A DNA stretch of 64,000 nt from an uncultured bacterium (GCA_938030735.1 CALHIM010000011.1:173480-237479); one strand, 5' to 3'; counted from the stretch's first letter, positions 30,167 through 38,894 are shown. The notes: generated by a model not told the origin, from the letters alone. Made by a program: numbers and translations.

Positions 30167-30535
30167 CTATGTTAGATACTCCATATCTACGCTTGAAAAC
30201 TCAAGCGTAGCTGTCGTCTGCTTTAGGTCCTCCTTTAGACCTAAAGAAATTTTACGGACGGCTTGTTTCCAGGCCTCCGCGTCTTTGCAGAACTCACTGT
30301 TAAGTGATCCCGTAAAAATAATAACGGGTTCGCCTCCTTCTGGGCATCCCCATTCATGTCTGTATAAGGCATGACCGAGGCTACTTATTCCGCTAATGTA
30401 AATGCCAGTAGAATTAGCCACTGCTGCAGCTTTCTCTAACCATAGCTCATTAATGGAAGTGATGTCAACTTCGCTACCGTTATCGGTATAGCCCTCATTA
30501 ACACCTAAAACGAGCTTAAAAGAGATTGTATCCAT
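30167..30535 (-). CDS. hypothetical protein (122 aa), compositionally atypical
   Basis: ORF 30167..30544 trimmed to ATG 30535 after AAGGTGA. A terminator hairpin ATAGCCGCAGT/ACTGCGGCTAT lies at about 30128-30155. GC looks higher than in neighbouring genes. I recognise no family. Confidence 0.55.
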   Translation of the reverse strand: MDTISFKLVLGVNEGYTDNGSEVDITSINELWLEKAAAVANSTGIYISGISSLGHALYRHEWGCPEGGEPVIIFTGSLNSEFCKDAEAWKQAVRKISLGLKEDLKQTTATLEFSSVDMEYLT

Positions 30536-30816
30536 TTTATTCACCTTAACTCACCTATAAATGGAAAATAAATGAGCCCTTCTTTTTATTTTTTTGCGGT
30601 ATTCTTTATTTCCGCAAATAAGTTTCTATAATATTAAAAACCTCTTTGCGAAAATAAAGAACAAAAATGGAACAATGAGGAGACTGTATATTTCATAGCT
30701 CTTTTTAAACTTTACTTCTTGATTATTCACCAAGATAATATTATTATAGCATAATAATGATAATAAGTCAATACTATACTAAAAACATTTAAATAAAAAA
30801 CGCCTTATGGCGATTT

Positions 30817-30892
30817 TGGTAGGGGATGCTGGGTTCGAACCAGCGACCAATCGTGTATGAGACGACTGCTCTAACCGCTGAGCTAATCCCCC
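30817..30892 (-). tRNA. tRNA with CAT anticodon, probably tRNA-Ile2 (lysidine type); elongator Met not excluded
   Basis: Cloverleaf folded by hand, CCA encoded. The variable/T-arm TTGGTCGCTGGTTC resembles E. coli tRNA-Ile2 as I remember it. A terminator CGCC/GGCG plus T-run lies downstream. Confidence 0.8.
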
Positions 30893-30932
30893 GACTATTT
30901 AATTATATCAGAAAATATGATAAAATTAAATA

Positions 30933-31373
30933 GTGAAATTAAATTTAAACGATTTAAAAACCAAAACTCGCCGTGCGAAATATTATTTTTCGAACGATAT
31001 TTTAACTTTGAGTAATATTATTATGGCCAGTGTGATTTTTATTTCGATAATTTGGGTTTGGGGAAATATTGCGGCGATGGAGAAAAATTATTCAATTCAA
31101 AAAAAGCTTGAACTCAAACAGCGCCAAGCTTTAATTGATGAAATTAGCTATAAAACACTTGAATATGAACAAAAATATCTGAAAAGTTCTGAATATCAAG
31201 AGCTTGCCGTACGTGAAAAACTTGGTCTTGCAATGCCGGGCGAGCATGTTTTGATTCTTTCGAAATACCCAGAAGAACAAAAGAAAGAACAAACTAAAAC
31301 GCCAAGACCTTCAAATTTTACGCAATGGATTAATTTTATTTTTGGTGGAAATGCTCAAAAAGCAACAAAATAG
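30933..31373 (+). CDS. FtsB/DivIC-like septum formation initiator
   Basis: One TM helix, a coiled coil, and the C-terminal motif VREKLGLAMPGEHVLIL. The only upstream in-frame start is GTG 30933, 6 nt after TGaTAAAAT. The start is uncertain. Confidence 0.55.
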   Translation: MKLNLNDLKTKTRRAKYYFSNDILTLSNIIMASVIFISIIWVWGNIAAMEKNYSIQKKLELKQRQALIDEISYKTLEYEQKYLKSSEYQELAVREKLGLAMPGEHVLILSKYPEEQKKEQTKTPRPSNFTQWINFIFGGNAQKATK

Positions 31374-31425
31374 CTAAAAACTCTTGACTTTTAAATATCT
31401 GCGTGATAAAATATAAAGCAGATAT

Positions 31426-31503
31426 CGCGGGATGGAGCAGTCTGGTCAGCTCGCTTGGCTCATAACCAAGAGGTCGTAGGTTCAAATCCTACTCCCGCAA
31501 CCA
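31426..31503 (+). tRNA. initiator tRNA-fMet (CAT)
   Basis: C1:A72 mismatch (CGCGGGA / TCCCGCA), anticodon loop CTCATAA with G-C pairs closing the stem, CCA encoded. Promoter TTGACT (31384-31389), 17-nt spacer, TAAAAT. Confidence 0.85.
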
Positions 31504-31606
31504 AGAAATTATTTCAAAAAAATAACTTTTCAAAAATGGAAGGTTATTTTTATTTATAAAAAATAAAAATCGTTACAAAATTTGCAACGATTTTCTATAT
31601 AATTTC

Positions 31607-31683
31607 TGGTAGTAGCGGCAGGGATTGAACCTGCGACCTTAGGCTTATGAGTCCTACGCTCTAACCAACTGAGCTACGCTACC
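31607..31683 (-). tRNA. elongator tRNA-Met (CAT)
   Basis: GGTAGCGTAGCTCAGTTGGTTAGAGC... is close to E. coli elongator Met as I remember it. Anticodon loop CTCATAA, CCA encoded. Minus-strand promoter TTGAAA, 17-nt spacer, TAAAAT. Confidence 0.8.
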
Positions 31684-31758
31684 ATAATGTTTATATTTTA
31701 GCACATTGAAAAACTTTTTTCAAGAGAAAAGCTCGCTAATTTTGCGAGCTTTATATTC

Positions 31759-31881
31759 TTAGATTAAATCTTCGAACTCGTCAAATTCATTGAATCGTGA
31801 AATTCTTGCATCAATGAAGTTTCGAAGTTCTTTTTTAGTTCGGTGCCTATCCCATGAGGACATTCGTTCGTGTTGTGCCAT
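31759..31881 (-). CDS. candidate 40-aa small protein (MAQHERMSSWDRHRTKKELRNFIDARISRFNEFDEFEDLI)
   Basis: AAGGA lies 7 nt upstream of the ATG. A minus-oriented terminator AAGCTCGC/GCGAGCTT (31729-31751) follows. This is more convincing than the opposite-strand track ORF 31790..32005. Confidence 0.4.
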   Translation of the reverse strand: MAQHERMSSWDRHRTKKELRNFIDARISRFNEFDEFEDLI

Positions 31882-32024
31882 TTATTTTCCTTTTTTGTTT
31901 TTAAATAATATTACGTTATTTATAATAACATATAAAAATATAAAAGTCAAGACTTTTTTCGAAAAAAACTTAAACATTTTTCTTGATTTTCGCTTGTGCT
32001 TATAATATAATTTAAATTAAGCTT

Positions 32025-32753
32025 ATGGAAATTTGGATGATTTTAATAGTGGTAATTTTAGCAGCAATGGTGCATGCTAGTTTTCATTTGAGTATTAGCG
32101 TTCTAACACTTTTGAGTGGGCATACTTTAAGCAAGAAGAAGTCGCATTTACAATTAACAAAGTTATCTATGTCTTTAGTTTTTGGGTCAGTTTTTGCAAC
32201 TATTCTTATTTTTTCAACCTTTGCATATTTTGCTGGAATATTTTATAATATTGCATTTTCGAAAGTAGCTTGGGCGGTTTTGGCTGGTATTTTAGTTGCT
32301 GCTGGGATCTCAACTTGGATTTTTTATTATCGAAGAGGCAAAAACATACAAAATAGTACGGAACTTTGGATTCCTCGTTCAATGGCGAAGTTTCTTAACG
32401 AGCGAGCAAGCAAAACTGTTCATTCGGCTGAAGCTTTTTCGCTAGGAATTGTGAGTGTTTTGAGTGAAATATTGTTTTATTTTGCATCTTTAGCAATTTC
32501 AGCAATTTTAGCCTCACGTGTTTCGCCGGCCCATCAATTTGCTATTTTAGTAATTTATGTTTTAATTTCTAATTTACCAATTTTTAGTATTGCTTGCATG
32601 ATTTCTGGTGGGCATCCAATTTCAGAAATTCAAGCTTGGCGAAACAAGAATAAGCGTTTTATGCAATTTTCAGCAGGTTTGGGAATGATAATTTTAGCGT
32701 TTATAACTGGTGTTGTAATTTTTACACCAGAGTTTTTAGGAGTCTCGTTATGA
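32025..32753 (+). CDS. integral membrane protein (about 6 TM), unknown family
   Basis: 242-aa hydrophobic ORF. Its stop overlaps the next start (ATGA). Confidence 0.55.
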   Translation: MEIWMILIVVILAAMVHASFHLSISVLTLLSGHTLSKKKSHLQLTKLSMSLVFGSVFATILIFSTFAYFAGIFYNIAFSKVAWAVLAGILVAAGISTWIFYYRRGKNIQNSTELWIPRSMAKFLNERASKTVHSAEAFSLGIVSVLSEILFYFASLAISAILASRVSPAHQFAILVIYVLISNLPIFSIACMISGGHPISEIQAWRNKNKRFMQFSAGLGMIILAFITGVVIFTPEFLGVSL

Positions 32754-33019
32754 GAATGGTTGTAAAATCTGATGGAGAAGTTGAGAAATTTGATTATAAA
32801 AAATTGCAAAAATCCTTGAGAGAAACTTTTTTAATTGTTAGATCTCCAGAGGGGCAAAGCAATGAATTTGTTCGAAAAACTCTTATCGAATTTGCGGATT
32901 GGCAAAAAAACAAACCGGAAATTACGAGTGGCGATATCCGAAGGCAAACGGGAGCAATTTTACAGAAAATCCATCCAGAGGCAGCGTATATTTATAAAAA
33001 TTTCAAGAGCATAATTTAA
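32750..33019 (+). CDS. stand-alone ATP-cone domain protein
   Basis: 89 aa. VVKSDGEVEKFDYKKLQKSL...ITSGDIRRQTGAILQKIHPEAAYIY fits the ATP-cone pattern of NrdR and ribonucleotide reductases. Confidence 0.65.
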   Translation: MRMVVKSDGEVEKFDYKKLQKSLRETFLIVRSPEGQSNEFVRKTLIEFADWQKNKPEITSGDIRRQTGAILQKIHPEAAYIYKNFKSII

Positions 33020-33029
33020 GGAGTAAAAA

Positions 33030-34403
33030 ATGGCTAAAAGAAAATTTGATTTTGATTTAATTGTTCTTGGAAGCGGAGCAGGTGGTTCAGCGGCGGCAAA
33101 TATTGTGGCAAAAGCCGGGTTAAATGTTGCGATTGTTGAAAATGATCTTTTTGGCGGTGAGTCGCCAAATTATAGTGATATTCCGCGAGCAGCAATTTCG
33201 AAGGTTAAAAAAGCTTTTTTTGAGGCAAAAAAGGCTGAAAAAATGGGTTTACGCTCGGCAAATTTAACTTATAATTTTCCGATAATTTCTGCTTGGAAAA
33301 AAAATGTGATTGAACGAACCGGCGCTCACGATAATCAAAAGTTTTTCGAAAGTGTGGGGATTAAAACTTTTCGTGGTGAAGCTAGATTTTTAACTCCGAA
33401 TGAGATTTCGATTAACCAAAAGCATTATTCGGCAAAGAATTTCTTGATTGCAACTGGTTCGAGAATCTCAATTCCAGATATTAAAAGTATTGAAAATGTG
33501 CGATATTATACGCCGAAAACAATTTTCAATATTGCTCGTCCGCCTAAGAGTATTTTTATTGTTGGTGGTGGAGCTGAGGCAGTTGAAATTGCTCAAATTT
33601 TGGCTATTTTTGGTACGAAAGTTTACATCAGTGAAGTTTCAGCACGACTTTTGCCAAAAGAAGATGAAGAAGTTGGAATTACTCTTGAAAATATTTTAGT
33701 TGAAGAGAATCATGTTTATGTTTTACCGCAAACTCGAGTGGTGGCGGTGCAAAAAGACGGCTTGATGAAGCGAGTGATTTTTCAGCGAGGTGGAACCGAG
33801 AAATTTGTGCGAGTTGATGAAATTCTGGTTGTAGGTGAAAGAATGCCGAATACGGATATCGGCCTAGAAAATGCTCATATTGATTTTTCGAAAGATGGAA
33901 TTGTTGTAAATGAATTTTCGCAAACTTCTATGAAGCATATTTTTGCGGTTGGTGGCGTGGTCAATCCACAAGCTCAAACGGCAGAGATCTTACTTGAAAG
34001 CCGAACGGTTGCTCACAATATTTTACATTCACGCTCAAAAATTGAGGTTAAATTTCCGCTTTCGCCTCGTACAATTTCAACTTGGCCAGAAATCGCCACG
34101 GTTGGTTTAACTGAAGACGATTGCTTGAAGAGAGATTTAAAATATAAAACTGCAATTGCACCACTTAATTTAATCGCAAAAAGCAATGTTGAGAATTTCA
34201 GTAGTGGATTTGCTAAAATTATTTGCGATAGGAAGGGGAAGGTTATTGGCGGAAGTATTGTATCGCCAGATGCAACAAACTTGATTTCGCAGATTTCTTT
34301 GGCAATTCGAAATGAAATGACAGCACACGATTTAGCTGAAATTCCACAACCATTTTTAAGCTGGAGCGAGATTATTCGTGTGGCAGCCCATAAAATTAAA
34401 TAA
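33030..34403 (+). CDS. dihydrolipoyl-dehydrogenase-like flavoprotein lacking the redox-active disulfide
   Basis: FAD motif VLGSGAGGSAAA. The position of GGTCxNxGCIPSK reads GGESPNYSDIPRA, with no Cys. The C-terminal HPT..E region reads IPQPFLSWSE. AAGGAG SD. Confidence 0.7.
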   Translation: MAKRKFDFDLIVLGSGAGGSAAANIVAKAGLNVAIVENDLFGGESPNYSDIPRAAISKVKKAFFEAKKAEKMGLRSANLTYNFPIISAWKKNVIERTGAHDNQKFFESVGIKTFRGEARFLTPNEISINQKHYSAKNFLIATGSRISIPDIKSIENVRYYTPKTIFNIARPPKSIFIVGGGAEAVEIAQILAIFGTKVYISEVSARLLPKEDEEVGITLENILVEENHVYVLPQTRVVAVQKDGLMKRVIFQRGGTEKFVRVDEILVVGERMPNTDIGLENAHIDFSKDGIVVNEFSQTSMKHIFAVGGVVNPQAQTAEILLESRTVAHNILHSRSKIEVKFPLSPRTISTWPEIATVGLTEDDCLKRDLKYKTAIAPLNLIAKSNVENFSSGFAKIICDRKGKVIGGSIVSPDATNLISQISLAIRNEMTAHDLAEIPQPFLSWSEIIRVAAHKIK

Positions 34404-34513
34404 AACTAAACGCTCAAAAGTTAAAATGGGCGTTTTTATTTTTCGAAATTTGAATTTTCAAGTAAAAAATGGTAAAATTAATATAGATTTATAGATAAAA
34501 ATTAAGGAGAATT

Positions 34514-35221
34514 ATGGCTGGTCATAATAAATGGTCAAAAATTAAACGACAGAAAGGTGTAAATGATGCAAAACGGGGTGCAATTTTTACACGAATTGGA
34601 AATCAAATTGCAATTGCAGCTCGTGGTGGCGCCGATCCAGACATGAACCCAAGTTTGGCGCTGGCAATTGAAAAAGCTCGTGCTGTAAATATGCCAAATG
34701 CGAATATTGAGCGCGCAATTGCTCGCGCGGCAGATAAAAACTCGGCAATACTTGAGGAAATTACTTACGAAGGTTATGGTCCAAACGGAATTGGTTTGAT
34801 TATTGAAACCGCAACAGACAATCGTAACCGAACTTTTCCGGAAGTTAAAACTGCTCTAGTAAAAAATGGTGGCAGAATTGCTGACGCGGGGAGTGTGATG
34901 TTTCAATTTACTCGCAAAGGTGTAATTTTGGTTGAAGCAACGGGTGAAGACGCACTACTTGAAATTCTTGATGCTGGTGCAGAAGATGCGGTTGAAGAAG
35001 ACGGCGAAATCGTGGTCTATACCGACCAAAAAGATTTAATGAAAGTTCGAAAAGAACTAATTGAAAAAGGTTTAACCGTAAAAGAGGCCGAACTTCAATA
35101 CGTGCCAAATATGGAAGTTGAAATCACCGACGACGAAACTCGTGCGAAAGTTGAAAAATTGATGGACGCACTTGATGATGTTGATGATGTTGTGAACGTT
35201 CACACGAACGCCAAGCTGTAA
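34514..35221 (+). CDS. yebC: YebC/PmpR-family protein
   Basis: MAGHNKWSKIKRQKG N-terminus, typical length, AAGGAGA SD. Confidence 0.9.
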   Translation: MAGHNKWSKIKRQKGVNDAKRGAIFTRIGNQIAIAARGGADPDMNPSLALAIEKARAVNMPNANIERAIARAADKNSAILEEITYEGYGPNGIGLIIETATDNRNRTFPEVKTALVKNGGRIADAGSVMFQFTRKGVILVEATGEDALLEILDAGAEDAVEEDGEIVVYTDQKDLMKVRKELIEKGLTVKEAELQYVPNMEVEITDDETRAKVEKLMDALDDVDDVVNVHTNAKL

Positions 35222-35261
35222 TTTATAAGGGTGATGAGCCCTTATTTTTATAGGAGTAATT

Positions 35262-35960
35262 ATGTTTAATTTAATTTTTAATAAAAGCTTTTCAGAAGAA
35301 ACACAAGAAAAAATAAGGTCAGATTTTATTGAAGCTAAAGAATATTTTTCGAAGTATTATGATTTTTCGAAAAAAGAAATTGATATTTATTTTTCAGACA
35401 TATCTAGGATGAAAAAAGAAGATATTTCTGAAATATTAAAAATTGAAAAAGTTTCAGGTCTTTCAATGTCTGGATATGGAGCTCTAATATTTGAGTTTTT
35501 TGATACTGGATATTCAAAAAATATATTTTTAAAATTAATTTTTCATGAGCTTAACCATGAATTTAGATGTCAAACTTTACCAACACCTAACAATATCTGG
35601 GGTGATACTATTCTTGAAGGCTTAGCTCTGAATTTTGAAAAACAAGCAGCTAATGAATTAGGGTATGAATTAAAATTTTTGACCGATTATTACGACAAAC
35701 CTGATGAAGACAAACTAAAATGGGGATTGAAGAGAATTATTGAAATCGCAAAAAATAAGGAGAAGATAAATCACTACGATTGGTATTTTAATCACTTTGG
35801 AGATGATTCAAGTTTGCCTACGAATTTTGTCTATAGAGTCGGAGAATTTTTAATTTCAAAATATTGTGAAAAATACAGAATTAGACCAAGCGATGCGCTT
35901 AAAATTACAAATGAAGAATTTGAAGATTTTGCGAAAAAGGAGATTTTATGCGAAAAATAA
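35262..35960 (+). CDS. hypothetical HEXXH protein (putative Zn-metallopeptidase-like, DUF2268-like)
   Basis: 232 aa with FHELNHEF. AT-rich. Confidence 0.45.
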   Translation: MFNLIFNKSFSEETQEKIRSDFIEAKEYFSKYYDFSKKEIDIYFSDISRMKKEDISEILKIEKVSGLSMSGYGALIFEFFDTGYSKNIFLKLIFHELNHEFRCQTLPTPNNIWGDTILEGLALNFEKQAANELGYELKFLTDYYDKPDEDKLKWGLKRIIEIAKNKEKINHYDWYFNHFGDDSSLPTNFVYRVGEFLISKYCEKYRIRPSDALKITNEEFEDFAKKEILCEK

Positions 35961-36571
35961 TTCTTGGTAGTCTAAAAAATGATTCAGAGAGAACTAAGCA
36001 AATTCGAAAAGCTTATCGAAAAGCACGCGCAAAAATTATTCGGGAGTTTGATTTATCTAACTTTGATTATGATGTTGTTTTTGCGAGCTGGAGTGATTCT
36101 GGCGAATATGGTTTTTGGTGGTATATTGATTTTGGCTATATCCGTTTAAATATTGGTGTTGACAAGATTTTATTTCAAGATGCTCTATATGAGGGGATTT
36201 GTGAAGGTTTTTCTCATAATTTTGTAGCAGATTCGACGGATTTTAATAATGGATTCTCGAAAAAAATAATTCGGAATGCTTATACTGCGGATTTTTTGGG
36301 TTGGAAATACGAAGAAAAATATTCATTAGATAATCTTTCTGAAGATAACTTACTAAAAATAAAAGACGCCTTAAATGGTAAAGTAGACGAAGATTGGTTA
36401 TGGAGTAGATATAATGGATGGCATTTTTATGGGTTTTCAAAGAAATATTTTGAAAGCTTGGGGATTTCACGGAAAGATATTTTAAAGCTTAAAGAGAATG
36501 AATTTAATATGGAATTAATTTCTAAAATTGAAAAATTACTTGAAGATTATAGAAAATCTAAATTCGAATGA
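35948..36571 (+). CDS. paralogue of the preceding gene with degenerate metal site
   Basis: Collinear similarity to 35262..35960 (EKIRSDF...IDIYFS vs KQIRKAY...YDVVFAS; HELNHEF vs CEGFSHNF). Overlaps the upstream gene by 13 nt. AAGGAG SD. Confidence 0.45.
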   Translation: MRKIILGSLKNDSERTKQIRKAYRKARAKIIREFDLSNFDYDVVFASWSDSGEYGFWWYIDFGYIRLNIGVDKILFQDALYEGICEGFSHNFVADSTDFNNGFSKKIIRNAYTADFLGWKYEEKYSLDNLSEDNLLKIKDALNGKVDEDWLWSRYNGWHFYGFSKKYFESLGISRKDILKLKENEFNMELISKIEKLLEDYRKSKFE

Positions 36572-36626
36572 AATTTCTGAACAAGAAATTTTTGACGAAA
36601 TCCAGAAAATATAGTATAATTTTAAG

Positions 36627-37355
36627 ATGAATAACCTTGAATTTCTTGTAAAAAACTATCAAACACCACCTGAAGCTATTACTTTAGTTAAAAATTCTCG
36701 CATTTTATTGCTTGCGGGGATTTCTGGCGCAGGAAAAGATACAACCAAAAAATATCTTTTGAAAAACCCAGAATATCGTGATATTGTCAGCCACACAACG
36801 CGCACTCCTCGTGAAAATAATGGTAAAATTGAACAAAATGGAGTTGACTATAATTTTATTTCGATTGAAAAGGCTGAAGAAATGCTTAAGAAACGTGAGT
36901 TTATTGAGGCGAAATTTGTTCACGGAAAGATTTATGGTACAAGTGTTACAGAGATTGAAAAAGCGAACCAAAACAGGCAGATTTCTGTAACGGATATTGA
37001 TATTCAAGGAATTGCAGAATATAAAAAAATGAGCGAGCGCGTTGTTGCAGTTTTTATTTTGCCACCAGATTTCGAAACTTGGCGAGCACGTTTTGCAAAC
37101 CGATATTCAAGTGCGGAAGAATTCGAAAAAGATTTTGAAAAACGTTTGCCAGAAGCGATTTCTTCGCTAGAACAGGCGCTCGAAGTGCCGTATTTTCACT
37201 TTATTTTGAATGATGGCTTTCGAAATACAGCGCGAATTATCAACCAAATTATGCATCAAGATGTTGAATTTAATTATAAGGATATTGAAGTGCGTGTGCG
37301 AGCGAGAAAACTTTTGGAAGATATTAAAGCTAAATTCTTAGAATTACAGAAGTAG
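36627..37355 (+). CDS. guanylate kinase-family protein
   Basis: P-loop GISGAGKDT. SHTTRTPRE...GVDYNFIS and EAKFVHGKIYGTS are Gmk-like. It carries extra N- and C-terminal extensions. TATAAT ends 6 nt before the ATG. Confidence 0.65.
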   Translation: MNNLEFLVKNYQTPPEAITLVKNSRILLLAGISGAGKDTTKKYLLKNPEYRDIVSHTTRTPRENNGKIEQNGVDYNFISIEKAEEMLKKREFIEAKFVHGKIYGTSVTEIEKANQNRQISVTDIDIQGIAEYKKMSERVVAVFILPPDFETWRARFANRYSSAEEFEKDFEKRLPEAISSLEQALEVPYFHFILNDGFRNTARIINQIMHQDVEFNYKDIEVRVRARKLLEDIKAKFLELQK

Positions 37356-37517
37356 GCTAAAAGAAAAACCCGCATTTCGCGGGCATAGAAGAGTTATGGT
37401 CTGTAAAATATCACTTTATCTGTTTTTAAGCATATTAAATTCTATAAATGTATGTAAAAATAAAAAGTCAAATATTTTTTAAAACTTTTCCGAAAATATG
37501 ATACTAAAAATACAGAA

Positions 37518-37544
37518 TTAGCACTCTATTGACCTAAGTGCTAA
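37518..37544 (+). promoter_or_regulatory. CIRCE operator overlapping the hrcA promoter
   Basis: TTAGCACTC-TATTGACCT-AAGTGCTAA. The -35 TTGACC lies in the spacer. TGaTAAACT -10 at 37549-37557. Confidence 0.85.
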
Positions 37545-37563
37545 TTTATGATAAACTTGAAAT

Positions 37564-38307
37564 ATGAATATTACACCACGACAAACGCAAATTTTGGTAG
37601 CGATTATTGAGCAATATGCCGAAGTTGCCAGCCCGGTTGGTAGTGTTACTTTGGCGAAGCTTTTTAATGTTTCAAGTGCAACAATTCGTTCTGAAATGGC
37701 AAAACTTGAAGATATTGGTTTGATTACGCAACCACACACTTCTGCCGGGCGAATTCCAACCGATAAGGGTTATCGTTTCTATGTAAACCGTTTAACTGCT
37801 CAAAGCGAGGGTGAAGATGAACAAATTTTACTAAATGCTAATAATTCGAAAGATAGCTTGCGGGGATTTCGGGCGATTTCTTCGCGAGTTTCAGCCCAGA
37901 ATGACCGCGCCGATCATGCAATTCGTTCAGCGGTAGATTCTTTAGTTGAACTTACCGGTAATCTTGGTCTTGCTACAATTGGTGATCAACTTTACATTAA
38001 TGGAATTTATAATCTTTTTTCTCAGCCTGAATTTGAAAGTGGTGAAGCGGTCCAGTCTGTTGCGCAGCTTCTTGATAATCTTGAGCCATGGCTTCGTGAA
38101 GTTACTCCAAATGAGCCACTCAATGTTTATATTGGCAGCGAGAATCCAATTGGCAAAAGTTCGGGTGCGAGTTTAATTATTTCAAAATTCGAAAGCCCAT
38201 TTTCGGAAAATTCCTATATTGGTGTACTTGGACCAACTCGCCAAAATTACGGAAAAGTGGTGCGATTAGTTCAAAAGACAGGTGAATTTTTGGAAGAGAT
38301 ATTATAA
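37564..38307 (+). CDS. hrcA: heat-inducible repressor HrcA (short, 247 aa)
   Basis: N-terminal wHTH TPRQTQILVAIIEQYAEVASPVGS...TQPHTSAGRIPTDKGYRFYV. It precedes grpE and sits behind a CIRCE element. Confidence 0.85.
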   Translation: MNITPRQTQILVAIIEQYAEVASPVGSVTLAKLFNVSSATIRSEMAKLEDIGLITQPHTSAGRIPTDKGYRFYVNRLTAQSEGEDEQILLNANNSKDSLRGFRAISSRVSAQNDRADHAIRSAVDSLVELTGNLGLATIGDQLYINGIYNLFSQPEFESGEAVQSVAQLLDNLEPWLREVTPNEPLNVYIGSENPIGKSSGASLIISKFESPFSENSYIGVLGPTRQNYGKVVRLVQKTGEFLEEIL

Positions 38308-38322
38308 CTTAAGGAGGAAAAG

Positions 38323-38850
38323 ATGGAAGAAAATAATGTATTAAAAAATCAAGAAGTTTCGAAAGATGAGAAAAAAGGCGGATTTTTCAAAAAAGATTCA
38401 AAGTGTGAAAAACTTCAAGCGGAGAATTCAGAATTAAAAAATGATTTGCAGCGCACGCGTGCTGATTTCGAAAATTATCGCAAAAATGTTGAGAGCCGAA
38501 TTTCGAATGCGCAAAATTTGGGTGAGAAAAAGGCAATTTTGGCATTGATTCCGATGATTGATGATATTGAGCGCGCAATTTCACATTTACCGGCAGAATT
38601 GGCGGAAAATTCTTGGGCGCAAAATGTGGTTAAAATGAGTAAGAATCTTGAAAAAAACCTTTCAAAGCTTGGAGTTGAAAAAATTAATTCTTCAAACGGC
38701 ACTATTTTTAATCCAGAACTTCATGAAGCGATTCAGTTTGATGAAGAATCTGAAGGAGAAGAAGAGATTATTGCTGAAGAACTTCGAGCTGGTTATACTT
38801 TAAAGGGCGAAGTTTTGCGAGCAGCAATGGTAAAAGTTGGGCGAAAGTAG
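38323..38850 (+). CDS. grpE: nucleotide exchange factor GrpE
   Basis: AAGGAGGA SD. RTRADFENYRKN and the C-terminal beta domain are typical. Confidence 0.9.
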   Translation: MEENNVLKNQEVSKDEKKGGFFKKDSKCEKLQAENSELKNDLQRTRADFENYRKNVESRISNAQNLGEKKAILALIPMIDDIERAISHLPAELAENSWAQNVVKMSKNLEKNLSKLGVEKINSSNGTIFNPELHEAIQFDEESEGEEEIIAEELRAGYTLKGEVLRAAMVKVGRK

Positions 38851-38894
38851 TTTTATTTGTTGACATATTCTTGGCAATATGATATTATTATAAG

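Noticed and set aside
30162-30374. 70-aa plus-strand ORF
   Set aside because: It is antisense to the 122-aa minus-strand gene, which has the SD and the terminator.
30596-30672. Imperfect inverted repeat (GCGGTATTCTTTATTTCCGC / GCGAAAATAAAGAAC) upstream of the 122-aa gene
   Set aside because: It is an AT-rich, low-complexity match with mismatches. It is not followed by a U-tract in either orientation. I could not separate it from chance.
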